From Flavobacterium sp. (GTDB lineage: Bacteria; Bacteroidota; Bacteroidia; Flavobacteriales; Flavobacteriaceae): a DNA stretch of 54,527 nt. Positions 37,600 through 46,160 of this stretch are shown piece after piece (positions within the stretch are counted from its first letter, which is position 1; each line of letters opens with the position of its first letter). Location of the stretch: assembly GCA_020048955.1 (NCBI GenBank), contig JAIFLT010000044.1, positions 1 to 54,527 of the forward strand, in the 5' to 3' direction. Below the pieces are notes generated by a model that saw only the letters and a list, made by a program, of their open reading frames with translations, was not told the origin of the DNA and searched no databases. Both the position numbers and the translations under genes were made by a program.

Positions 37600-40416
37600 A
37601 TGAAACGAGTTAAACTTGTCCTTATATTATTTAGTCTTGTAGTGCTAAATAACTATTGTCTTGGACAAGAATTACCACCAATCATAAAATATAATTCTTC
37701 AACTTATAACGCAGGAAATCAAAATTGGATGATTTCTCAAGATAATAAACACTTTGTTTATTTTGCAAATAACGAAGGTTTATTAGAGTTTAATGGCTCT
37801 AGTTGGAATTTGTATAAATCACCAAATGAAACCATTATTCGTTCTGTTAAAGTAATTGGAAACAGAATATATTCGGGTTGTTACATGGAGTTTGGTTATT
37901 GGACAAGAAAAAGCAATGGTCACTTAAATTATACTTCATTAAGTGATAAAGTTAAATCAAAAATTCTTGATGATGAGCAGTTTTGGAATATTATAAGCTA
38001 CGATCAATGGGTTGTTTTTCAGTCTTTAAATACTATTTTTATTTATGACACAAAAGCAGATACATTCAAAATTGTTGTACCACAATATGGTGTTTTAAAA
38101 TCTTTCAAAACGTCAAATTCAATTTACTATCAAACAACAGATTACTCCTTATTTGAAATTGAAAATGGAGCTAGTAAATTAATATCCAATAACTCAATTT
38201 TAAAAGGAAATAAAATTGTTAATATTTTTTCTATTGATGAGGGACTCTTAATCCACACACAATTTAATGGTTTTTATAAATTAATTAATGGAAGTCTGTT
38301 AAAATTTAAAACTGAGGCAGATTTAGAAATTGCAGCAAGCAGTATCTATAGTAGTCAGATGCTTTCTGATGGAAGTTTTGCAGTGGGTACTATATCAAAT
38401 GGAGTTTTTATTGTTACAAAAGAAGGAAAAGTTAAATACCACATCACTCAAAGTAAAGGTTTGTGTAACAATACTGTTTTGTCTTTAATGGAAGACGCAG
38501 AAAAAAATCTTTGGATTGGTTTAGATAATGGAATTAATTGTATTAATCTTCAATCACCAATTAAAAGTTTTACTGATGATACGGGTATGCTGGGTACCGT
38601 TTATACTTCAATAATGCACAATCAAAAATTATATGTTGGAACCAATCAAGGTCTTTTTTGTAAAGATTATTTAAATAAGGATCAATTCAGATTTGTTAAT
38701 GGCACTAAAGGTCAAGTTTGGTCCCTTTTTGTTCATGATAAAACGCTTTTTTGTGGTCACGATTCTGGAACTTTTCTAATAGAAAATGAAACATCAAAAT
38801 CAATTTTTTCTCAATCAGGAACATGGAAATTTGAGGCAGTACCTAGTAATAGTAATCTAATAATTCAAGGAAACTATTACGGAATATCCGTTTTAGCGAA
38901 AGTAAATAGCCAATGGGTTTTTAAGAATAAAATTGAAGGATTCAATTATTCCTCTAAGTATTTCGAAATTACTAATGATAATGAAGTTTATGTTAGTCAT
39001 GAATATAAGGGAGTTTTTCGTTTTCAAATTGATAACTATTTTAAAAAATGTTCTAAATTATTCACTTATACTAATCCACCAAAAGGCAAAAACGCTGGAT
39101 TAGCTAAATTTAATAATTCAATATATTATGCTTATAAAAATGGTATTTATAAGTTAAATCAAAAGTCTAAATTGTTTAAAAGAGATAATTCATTAAGTAG
39201 TGTTTTTGATAATGGTGAATATAATTCGGGAAAATTGATTTTAGATAATTCTAACAAATTATGGTTATTTACTAAAAATTATATAAATTATTTTACATTA
39301 AACAAGTTAAACGCAACTTTAAAAAAGAATGTAATTTCAATTCCTTCTACATTAACAAATTCTATGTTAGGATATGAAAATATATCTCAATTATCAAATT
39401 ATCAATATCTTATAGGAACTATAGATGGTTATTATGTGATTAATATTAATGATTTGAGTATTAAAAGCCATAATGTTTCTATTACTAATTTAAGTATTAA
39501 TAAATTAAATGAAAAGCTAATCAGTTATCCTTTGTCTGAAGAAGGTGAATACAATTATGATGAAAATAATGTAACTTTTAGTTATACGGTTCCTGAATAT
39601 AATAAATATATCTATGCAGAATATCAATATTTATTAGAAGGTTTTCAAGAAGAATGGAGTGAGTGGAGTGCTAAACCAATGGTGAATTTTAAAAACCTTC
39701 CTCCAGGCGACTATATTTTTAAAGTAAGATCAAGAGTTTCAAATGCTACTAATGACAATATAGCTACTTATGTATTTACTATTAAAAAACCTTGGTATGC
39801 TACTAATTTTGCTGTTTTAATTTATGCTTTATTAATCATTTTATCTTTAATACATATTAATAAAATCTATAAGAATTATTATAATATGCAACGAGAAAAG
39901 CTTATAGAAGAAAACAATTTATTGTTAGAGATAAAAGAATTGGAGAACGAACAACAATTAATGAAAATTAAGAATGAACAATTAGCACAAGATTTTGATG
40001 CAAAAAATAAAGAATTAGCCGTTTCAACAATGAGCTTAATTAAGAAAGATGAATTATTATCGTTAATTAAAGAAGATCTAAAAAAATCGTCTGAAGAAAG
40101 TAATAATAGAAGTATTAAATCTGTAATTTCAACTATTACAAAAAATATTTCTCAAGAGGATACTTGGAACGTTTTCAAAGAAGCATTTGATACCGCGGAT
40201 AAAGATTTTTTAAAGAAAATTAAACTAGCACATCCTTCACTAACTCCAAATGATTTACGCCTTTGTGCCTACTTAAGATTGAACCTATCTTCTAAAGAAA
40301 TAGCTCCATTATTAAACATTTCTGTACGTAGTATCGAGATAAAACGATATCGTTTGCGTAAGAAAATGGATTTATCCCATGAAAAAGGGCTTGTCGAATA
40401 TATTTTATCCATTTAA
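37600..40416 (+). CDS. Membrane-spanning one-component regulator: periplasmic beta-propeller + Y_Y_Y domain, TM helix, coiled coil, LuxR-type HTH
   Basis: NQNW/NNTVLS propeller repeats; YQYLLEG...NLPPGDYIFKVR; PWY plus TM; LSSKEIAPLLNISVRSIEIKRYRLRKK. Confidence 0.9.
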   Translation: MKRVKLVLILFSLVVLNNYCLGQELPPIIKYNSSTYNAGNQNWMISQDNKHFVYFANNEGLLEFNGSSWNLYKSPNETIIRSVKVIGNRIYSGCYMEFGYWTRKSNGHLNYTSLSDKVKSKILDDEQFWNIISYDQWVVFQSLNTIFIYDTKADTFKIVVPQYGVLKSFKTSNSIYYQTTDYSLFEIENGASKLISNNSILKGNKIVNIFSIDEGLLIHTQFNGFYKLINGSLLKFKTEADLEIAASSIYSSQMLSDGSFAVGTISNGVFIVTKEGKVKYHITQSKGLCNNTVLSLMEDAEKNLWIGLDNGINCINLQSPIKSFTDDTGMLGTVYTSIMHNQKLYVGTNQGLFCKDYLNKDQFRFVNGTKGQVWSLFVHDKTLFCGHDSGTFLIENETSKSIFSQSGTWKFEAVPSNSNLIIQGNYYGISVLAKVNSQWVFKNKIEGFNYSSKYFEITNDNEVYVSHEYKGVFRFQIDNYFKKCSKLFTYTNPPKGKNAGLAKFNNSIYYAYKNGIYKLNQKSKLFKRDNSLSSVFDNGEYNSGKLILDNSNKLWLFTKNYINYFTLNKLNATLKKNVISIPSTLTNSMLGYENISQLSNYQYLIGTIDGYYVININDLSIKSHNVSITNLSINKLNEKLISYPLSEEGEYNYDENNVTFSYTVPEYNKYIYAEYQYLLEGFQEEWSEWSAKPMVNFKNLPPGDYIFKVRSRVSNATNDNIATYVFTIKKPWYATNFAVLIYALLIILSLIHINKIYKNYYNMQREKLIEENNLLLEIKELENEQQLMKIKNEQLAQDFDAKNKELAVSTMSLIKKDELLSLIKEDLKKSSEESNNRSIKSVISTITKNISQEDTWNVFKEAFDTADKDFLKKIKLAHPSLTPNDLRLCAYLRLNLSSKEIAPLLNISVRSIEIKRYRLRKKMDLSHEKGLVEYILSI

Positions 40417-40441
40417 ATGACAACTTTTTTAACTAAAATAC

Positions 40442-40582
40442 CTATACATATCCTCAACAAATAGGTTTAAGAGATTTTTTTAAACCCCAAAAATTTAATC
40501 TGAATGGCACTATTTTAAAGTGTTTTTAATAATGAATCAACAACTATACACTTATTTTTTATAGTGTATGTTTTTTGTTGTG
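40442..40582. promoter_or_regulatory. Putative paired operator sites upstream of the glucanase operon
   Basis: CTATACA-N4-CTCAACA (40442, +) and CACAACA-N4-ACATACA (40565..40582, -). Confidence 0.6.
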
Positions 40583-40688
40583 GTTGTTTTTGTCAATTGT
40601 ATAATAATTCATTACTATTTTTATGAAATTAATAAAAACTTTAATAAGAGACTTAACATTTAACTATTAATCTAATCGAGTATTTCAA

Positions 40689-43600
40689 ATGAAAAAAATT
40701 ATTTTTCTACTAATTTTTTGCAGTTCTATTACCACTTTTTCACAAACAGAAAAAGTTACTATTAAAAAAAATAATTCCGATCAAAAGCTAACAGTTGATG
40801 GGAGAGATTTTATTGTCAATGGAATGAATTGGGATTATTTTCCAATAGGAACAAATTATACCTACAGCCTATGGAAACAACCTGATGCATTTATTCAACA
40901 GGCTCTTGATGATGAAATGGGTTTATTAAAAAACATGGGGGTTAACACTATTCGTGTTTACACAGGTATTCCAAAAAAATGGATAGAGTATATTCATGCC
41001 AATTATGGAATTTATACCATGTTAAACCATTCTTTTGGTAGATATGGTTTAACTATTGATGGTGTTTGGAAACCAAATACAGAATATTCTGACGCCAAAA
41101 CCCGAGAACTTCTACTTAAAGAAGCTACTGAAATGGCTACAGAATATAAAGATACAAAAGGTTTATTATTGTTTCTTCTTGGAAATGAAAATAACTATGG
41201 TTTGTTCTGGGATGGAGCTGAAACAGAAAATATACCTGTAAAAGACAGAAAATCTACTGCTCGTGCACGTTCAATGTACAAATTATTTAATGAAGCAGTT
41301 ATTAAAATGAAATCCATTGATGCCAATCATCCCATGGCGATATGTAATGGTGATTTACTTTTCTTAGATATAGTTGCCGAAGAATGTAAGGATGTTGATG
41401 TATTAGGTACAAACGTTTATCGTGGAGTTTCATTTGGTGATTTGTTTGAAAGAGTAAAAAAGGAATATGGTAAACCAGTTCTATTTACCGAATTTGGGTC
41501 TGATGCTTTTAATGTTATTACCAATCAAGAAGATCAAAATGCACAAGCTTTTTACTTAAAAGGAAATTGGAAAGAAATCTACGAAAATGCTGCAGGTTTA
41601 GGTAAAGCAGGAAATTCACTAGGAGGATTTACCTTTCAATTTAGTGATGGTTGGTGGAAATATGGTCAAACTAAGAATTTAGATACGCACGACAGTAACG
41701 CATCTTGGTCTAATGGTGGTTACCAAAAAGACTTTACCGAAGGTGATAATAACATGAATGAAGAGTGGTTTGGTATTTGTGCCAAAGGACCAACAAACGA
41801 AAAAGGATTTTATACTTTATATCCAAGAGCGGCTTATTACGTTTTAAAAGATATTCATAAGTTCAATCCGTTTGCAGAAACAGCAAACAAAGCCAAAATG
41901 AACACTCACTTTGATGAAGCAAATCTTACGGATGCTTCATTGAGAGCTAGAGCAGATAAAGCAGCTTTAGGAAGTAATGATAGTCAAATTTTAAAAATTA
42001 GTAATCTTAGAGCAGAGTTTACAACCTTTAATACAGGTGGTAGCTTAATTACTACACCAAAAAGTGATGATCCTGCAACAACTAATTTCCCTAATAAGTT
42101 AGGTTTTGATCACATGCAGTCCTACTTTGTAGGTGTTGAGGGTAATCCATCTTCAAATATGAAAGCAAATGTAAATTTTAATATTTTAGGAAGAGTTGCT
42201 GAAAATCCTATAAACGAAATCTTTTATGAAAATAGAGGTAGAGCTCAATCTTTTAATACACCTGATGGTCCTCTAGTTGTAAGTGATTTTAATAGAGTTC
42301 AAGTCTATAATGCTTCTTACTCATGGAATGCAAAAGATTTTGAATTAAGAGGATTCTACAGAACGGGTCATTATCACTGGGGTTACGAAGGCGATTTTTT
42401 TGCATTGTATTCTGAAGCTAACTATGGTCCAAATTTAGATATTTATAACGGAGAAACTTTAGGTTTTGAAATTGACGGAAAAAGAAGTTTAAAAGGATTA
42501 AAAGCGGCTTTTGGTCCACAATTATGGTGGGGAGCTAATCCAGCTTACCTTTTAAAATATGGAACAAAATTAGGTAAAGTTGATGCTACAGCAGTATATC
42601 ATGAAGATATAAATCAAGTTGAAATTTCAGAAACGGTTTCCTCAATTGCATTTCCAGTTCCTAAAACAAGAAGAGCAACTGTTCATTTTAAAACAAAGTT
42701 AGGCAATCTTGGTATAGAAGCAGGGGGTATTTGGGCAGGTCAGCCTTTAAATGGTAGAGAGTTTCAAATGATGGATGGTAATGTTGTTAAGGTAGATAAG
42801 ATAAATAATGAAGATAACTGGGGAGGAAAAGCAAAGTTAACGTTTTCTAAAGGTAGATTTAATGTCTATACTCAAGGTGCAATTCAAGGTTTAGTTGCTA
42901 ATGGAGGTGCTGATAATACGCAAACTTTCACTGGTTGGAGACTAAAAGATTCAGGAAGTGGTAACCAAATGAACTTTCTTGCTGGATTTACTTACAACAT
43001 TAACTCTAAACTTCAAATTGCCCCAAATATGTTGTGGCAACAACCTATTGTTGATGCTATGCCAAATGGTGTTAATGCTCCGGGAAGATTAAGAAACGTA
43101 TTAGACGATCCGTTTTTTGTTAGAAGTAATAGAAAAACATTAGGTGGAGAGCTATTACTTACTTTCGACCCAACTCCTGCCACTTGGATGTATGAGTGGA
43201 ACAACGATATGGTTGAAGATGCTAAATTTGCTTTTAGTACAGGTTTTGTATACAGAAAATTACCTACTACAATGGATGCTGCTATCGGATTTTTAGCAAA
43301 TCGTACTCCTTTTGCTTTCCCTAATTCAACTCCTGCACAAAATTTATGGGAATCTAATACAAGAATAGTTTCAAAAATTAGTCCAGATTTAGGGATGATT
43401 GCCAACCTATATTTTGGTAATGGGCAAGCCAATGGTGACTCAGAAAGAACAATCAATAGAATGGGTGGTGATGTAAGAGTGATTTACAAAAAAGTAAAAG
43501 TCGTTTCTTCTTTAAAAATAAATGATTGGGGTCCTTTTGATTACCACCGTGACTTTAATTTAACCTATCCTTTACAAAGTTCCATAGATATTTCAACCTC

Positions 43601-43811
43601 TGTTGGAAAACCAAATTGGTTTATTTTGCCTGATACTAAAATAGGTATTATGGGTATTTGGCGTTCTTTAGACCAATATTCTCCAAGATATTCACCTACT
43701 TTTGTTCCAGAAAATACTTTTCCAGCAGTACCTGTTTTAACTCCTGTAGGATTTGGAAATGGATCTGAATGGGAAATCAGAACATACATTCATATAAATA
43801 TTGGTAAATAA
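40689..43811 (+). CDS. Clan GH-A glycoside hydrolase (GH2 TIM-barrel/GH158-like) fused to a ~600-aa probable outer-membrane beta-barrel
   Basis: SpI signal; MGVNTIRVY, LGNEN (acid/base) and FTEFG (nucleophile); C-terminal half rich in amphipathic strands, ending WEIRTYIHINIGK. Confidence 0.75.
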   Translation: MKKIIFLLIFCSSITTFSQTEKVTIKKNNSDQKLTVDGRDFIVNGMNWDYFPIGTNYTYSLWKQPDAFIQQALDDEMGLLKNMGVNTIRVYTGIPKKWIEYIHANYGIYTMLNHSFGRYGLTIDGVWKPNTEYSDAKTRELLLKEATEMATEYKDTKGLLLFLLGNENNYGLFWDGAETENIPVKDRKSTARARSMYKLFNEAVIKMKSIDANHPMAICNGDLLFLDIVAEECKDVDVLGTNVYRGVSFGDLFERVKKEYGKPVLFTEFGSDAFNVITNQEDQNAQAFYLKGNWKEIYENAAGLGKAGNSLGGFTFQFSDGWWKYGQTKNLDTHDSNASWSNGGYQKDFTEGDNNMNEEWFGICAKGPTNEKGFYTLYPRAAYYVLKDIHKFNPFAETANKAKMNTHFDEANLTDASLRARADKAALGSNDSQILKISNLRAEFTTFNTGGSLITTPKSDDPATTNFPNKLGFDHMQSYFVGVEGNPSSNMKANVNFNILGRVAENPINEIFYENRGRAQSFNTPDGPLVVSDFNRVQVYNASYSWNAKDFELRGFYRTGHYHWGYEGDFFALYSEANYGPNLDIYNGETLGFEIDGKRSLKGLKAAFGPQLWWGANPAYLLKYGTKLGKVDATAVYHEDINQVEISETVSSIAFPVPKTRRATVHFKTKLGNLGIEAGGIWAGQPLNGREFQMMDGNVVKVDKINNEDNWGGKAKLTFSKGRFNVYTQGAIQGLVANGGADNTQTFTGWRLKDSGSGNQMNFLAGFTYNINSKLQIAPNMLWQQPIVDAMPNGVNAPGRLRNVLDDPFFVRSNRKTLGGELLLTFDPTPATWMYEWNNDMVEDAKFAFSTGFVYRKLPTTMDAAIGFLANRTPFAFPNSTPAQNLWESNTRIVSKISPDLGMIANLYFGNGQANGDSERTINRMGGDVRVIYKKVKVVSSLKINDWGPFDYHRDFNLTYPLQSSIDISTSVGKPNWFILPDTKIGIMGIWRSLDQYSPRYSPTFVPENTFPAVPVLTPVGFGNGSEWEIRTYIHINIGK

Positions 43812-43829
43812 TTTAAAAAAATTGAAAAA

Positions 43830-45254
43830 ATGAAAAATAGAAAAATTAATTATTTAAGAAATTCGCTTTTATTCGGATTGATTATTTTAATCAATAGTAG
43901 CTGCGAGAGAGATTTATCTGATGAAGCTACAAACGCAACATTTCCTAAAACTGCAGAGGTTTTTATAGATGCACCAGTTGCTATGGGTAGTGACTTTTAT
44001 TTTCCCTACGGAGGTTCTAAACCTACTGCATGGTCAGTAGACAGTCAAGTAAGTTACAGAGGTACTGCATCCATGCGTTTTGATGTGCCTAATGCCAATG
44101 ATCCAGGAGGTTCTTATGCGGGTGCAATTTTTAGAACAGAAGGAGAAGGTCGTGATTTGTCAGGTTATGATGCTTTGACTTTTTATGTTAAAGCAAGTCA
44201 AGGAGTCAATATTGCTGAATTTGGTTTTGGTGAAGATTTTTATCCTAATAAATATATTGCAACTATTACTAATGTTAGTGTAGGTACAAACTGGCAAAAA
44301 GTAATTATCCCTATTCCAGATGCTTCTAAATTAGTTAAAGAAAGGGGAATGTTTAGATATGCTGCTGGTACTCAAGGTACAAACAGTTTAGGATATACTT
44401 TTTGGATTGATGACTTAAAGTTTGAAAAATTAGGTACAATTCTTCCATTAAGCGCTTCAATCATGAATGGTACTAACGTTACAAGATCAACTTTTGTAGG
44501 TGTAACTTCAACAGTTACTGGTGTTATTTCTACGTTTAATATGCCAAATGGGATAAATCAATCGGTATCAATAGCTCCAGCATATTTGAATTTTGTTTCT
44601 TCAAATCCATCTGTTGCTACCGTTAATGATGCAGGTGTGGTAACCCCAATTGCGGCTGGAACAGCAACAATAACAGCCACTTTCAACGGACAACCTACAA
44701 CAGGAAGCTTGATAATAAATTGTACAGGTACCTATATTCATGCTCCAACTCCAACTTTAAATCCATCTAATGTAATTTCCATATTTTCAGATACTTATAC
44801 TAATGTACCTGTAAATTATTATAATGGATATTGGCAACCATGGCAAACAACAGTTTCAAATGATTTTTCTGTTTTAGGTGATAATGTTTTGAATTATACA
44901 AATTTTAACTTTGTTGGTATTGAATTTAGTAGTCCAACCGTGAATGCTAGTTCAATGACTCATATTCATTTAGACGCATTTATTCCTGGTCCAATCGCTG
45001 CTGGGAGACAACTGCGTGTTATTGTTGTAGATTTTGGTGCAGATGGAGTTTTCGGTGGAGGTAATGATACAAGACATTCTACAACATTTACAGCAACAAC
45101 TCCAACTTCTGTTGTTTCTCAAAATTGGATTTCAATTGAAATTCCATTTTCTGCAATGCCAGGTCTCTTAAGTAAATCTAATCTCGCACAAATTATTCTT
45201 GAAGGAGGTGATAATTCAATATTATACGTTGATAATGTATATTTTCATAACTAA
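43830..45254 (+). CDS. Surface glycan-binding lipoprotein (CBM-like, Ig-like Big_2, CBM-like)
   Basis: Lipobox NSS-C; DLSGYDALTFYVKAS...WIDDL; SSNPSVATV...GTATITAT; final module ending YVDNVYF. Confidence 0.78.
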   Translation: MKNRKINYLRNSLLFGLIILINSSCERDLSDEATNATFPKTAEVFIDAPVAMGSDFYFPYGGSKPTAWSVDSQVSYRGTASMRFDVPNANDPGGSYAGAIFRTEGEGRDLSGYDALTFYVKASQGVNIAEFGFGEDFYPNKYIATITNVSVGTNWQKVIIPIPDASKLVKERGMFRYAAGTQGTNSLGYTFWIDDLKFEKLGTILPLSASIMNGTNVTRSTFVGVTSTVTGVISTFNMPNGINQSVSIAPAYLNFVSSNPSVATVNDAGVVTPIAAGTATITATFNGQPTTGSLIINCTGTYIHAPTPTLNPSNVISIFSDTYTNVPVNYYNGYWQPWQTTVSNDFSVLGDNVLNYTNFNFVGIEFSSPTVNASSMTHIHLDAFIPGPIAAGRQLRVIVVDFGADGVFGGGNDTRHSTTFTATTPTSVVSQNWISIEIPFSAMPGLLSKSNLAQIILEGGDNSILYVDNVYFHN

Positions 45255-45265
45255 AAAAAATAAAA

Positions 45266-46078
45266 ATGATTTCAATAAAAAATAAGAAGAGTTTAATACT
45301 TTCATTATCTATAGTTTTATTATTTAACAGTTGCTCTACAGACGAAAAGCAAACAGTTGTTACTAAAAATCAGTTAGTAATGAGTGATGAATTTAGTGTT
45401 AACGGAGCTCCAGATTCCAATTTGTGGTCTTACAATATTGGAACTGGTACAAATGGTTGGGGTAATGAAGAACTTCAATATTACACCGATAGACCTGTAA
45501 ATATTAAAGTTGAAAATGGGTTACTTAAAATTACTGCACGTAGAGAACAGTATATGGGAGAAGCTTTTACTTCTGCTCGAATTTTATCAAAAGGCAAATT
45601 TGAAACCAAGTATGGTAGATTAGAAGCTAGAATAAAATTACCTAGGGGCAAAGGTCTATGGCCAGCCTTTTGGATGCTTGGAAGTAATTCTGATACTGCA
45701 ATATGGCCACAATGTGGAGAAATCGATATTATGGAATACCTAGGAAATAGCCCTACTAAAGTTTTTGGAACTGTTCATGGTCCTGGATATTCTGCTGGAA
45801 ACGCAATAACTAAAACATTTACGCTACCAAATAGCAGATTTGATACCGATTTTCACATTTTCGGAATAGAATGGGGAGAAAACTATATTAACTTTTATGT
45901 TGATGATGTTCTTTACAATCAAATAACTCCATTTGATGTTACTGGAGATTGGGTTTTTAACCAACCATTCTACATAATACTTAACATGGCAGTTGGCGGA
46001 AACTATCCAGGAGCACCTAACAGTGAAACTCCTTTCCCACAAGAAATGTTAGTCGATTATATAAGAGTTTATCAATAA
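45266..46078 (+). CDS. GH16 endo-beta-1,3-glucanase (laminarinase), lipoprotein
   Basis: GWGNEELQYY, WPAFWMLG and the catalytic EIDIME motif; lipobox FNS-C. Confidence 0.93.
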   Translation: MISIKNKKSLILSLSIVLLFNSCSTDEKQTVVTKNQLVMSDEFSVNGAPDSNLWSYNIGTGTNGWGNEELQYYTDRPVNIKVENGLLKITARREQYMGEAFTSARILSKGKFETKYGRLEARIKLPRGKGLWPAFWMLGSNSDTAIWPQCGEIDIMEYLGNSPTKVFGTVHGPGYSAGNAITKTFTLPNSRFDTDFHIFGIEWGENYINFYVDDVLYNQITPFDVTGDWVFNQPFYIILNMAVGGNYPGAPNSETPFPQEMLVDYIRVYQ

Positions 46079-46093
46079 GTTTTTTTTTCAAAT

Positions 46094-46146
46094 AATAATC
46101 TAATAGACTTTTTTATTTAGTCTATTAGATTATTTAATTTTTTTAA
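46094..46146 (+). terminator. Intra-operon 16-bp perfect stem-loop
   Basis: AATAATCTAATAGACT-N9-AGTCTATTAGATTATT followed by a T-rich run. Confidence 0.7.
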
Positions 46147-46160
46147 ATTTCAATTAAAGA

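Noticed and set aside
40689-45254. SusC/SusD assignment for the first two operon genes
   Set aside because: No TonB-dependent plug or SusC motifs; the lipoprotein is beta-sandwich/Ig-like rather than TPR-helical like SusD
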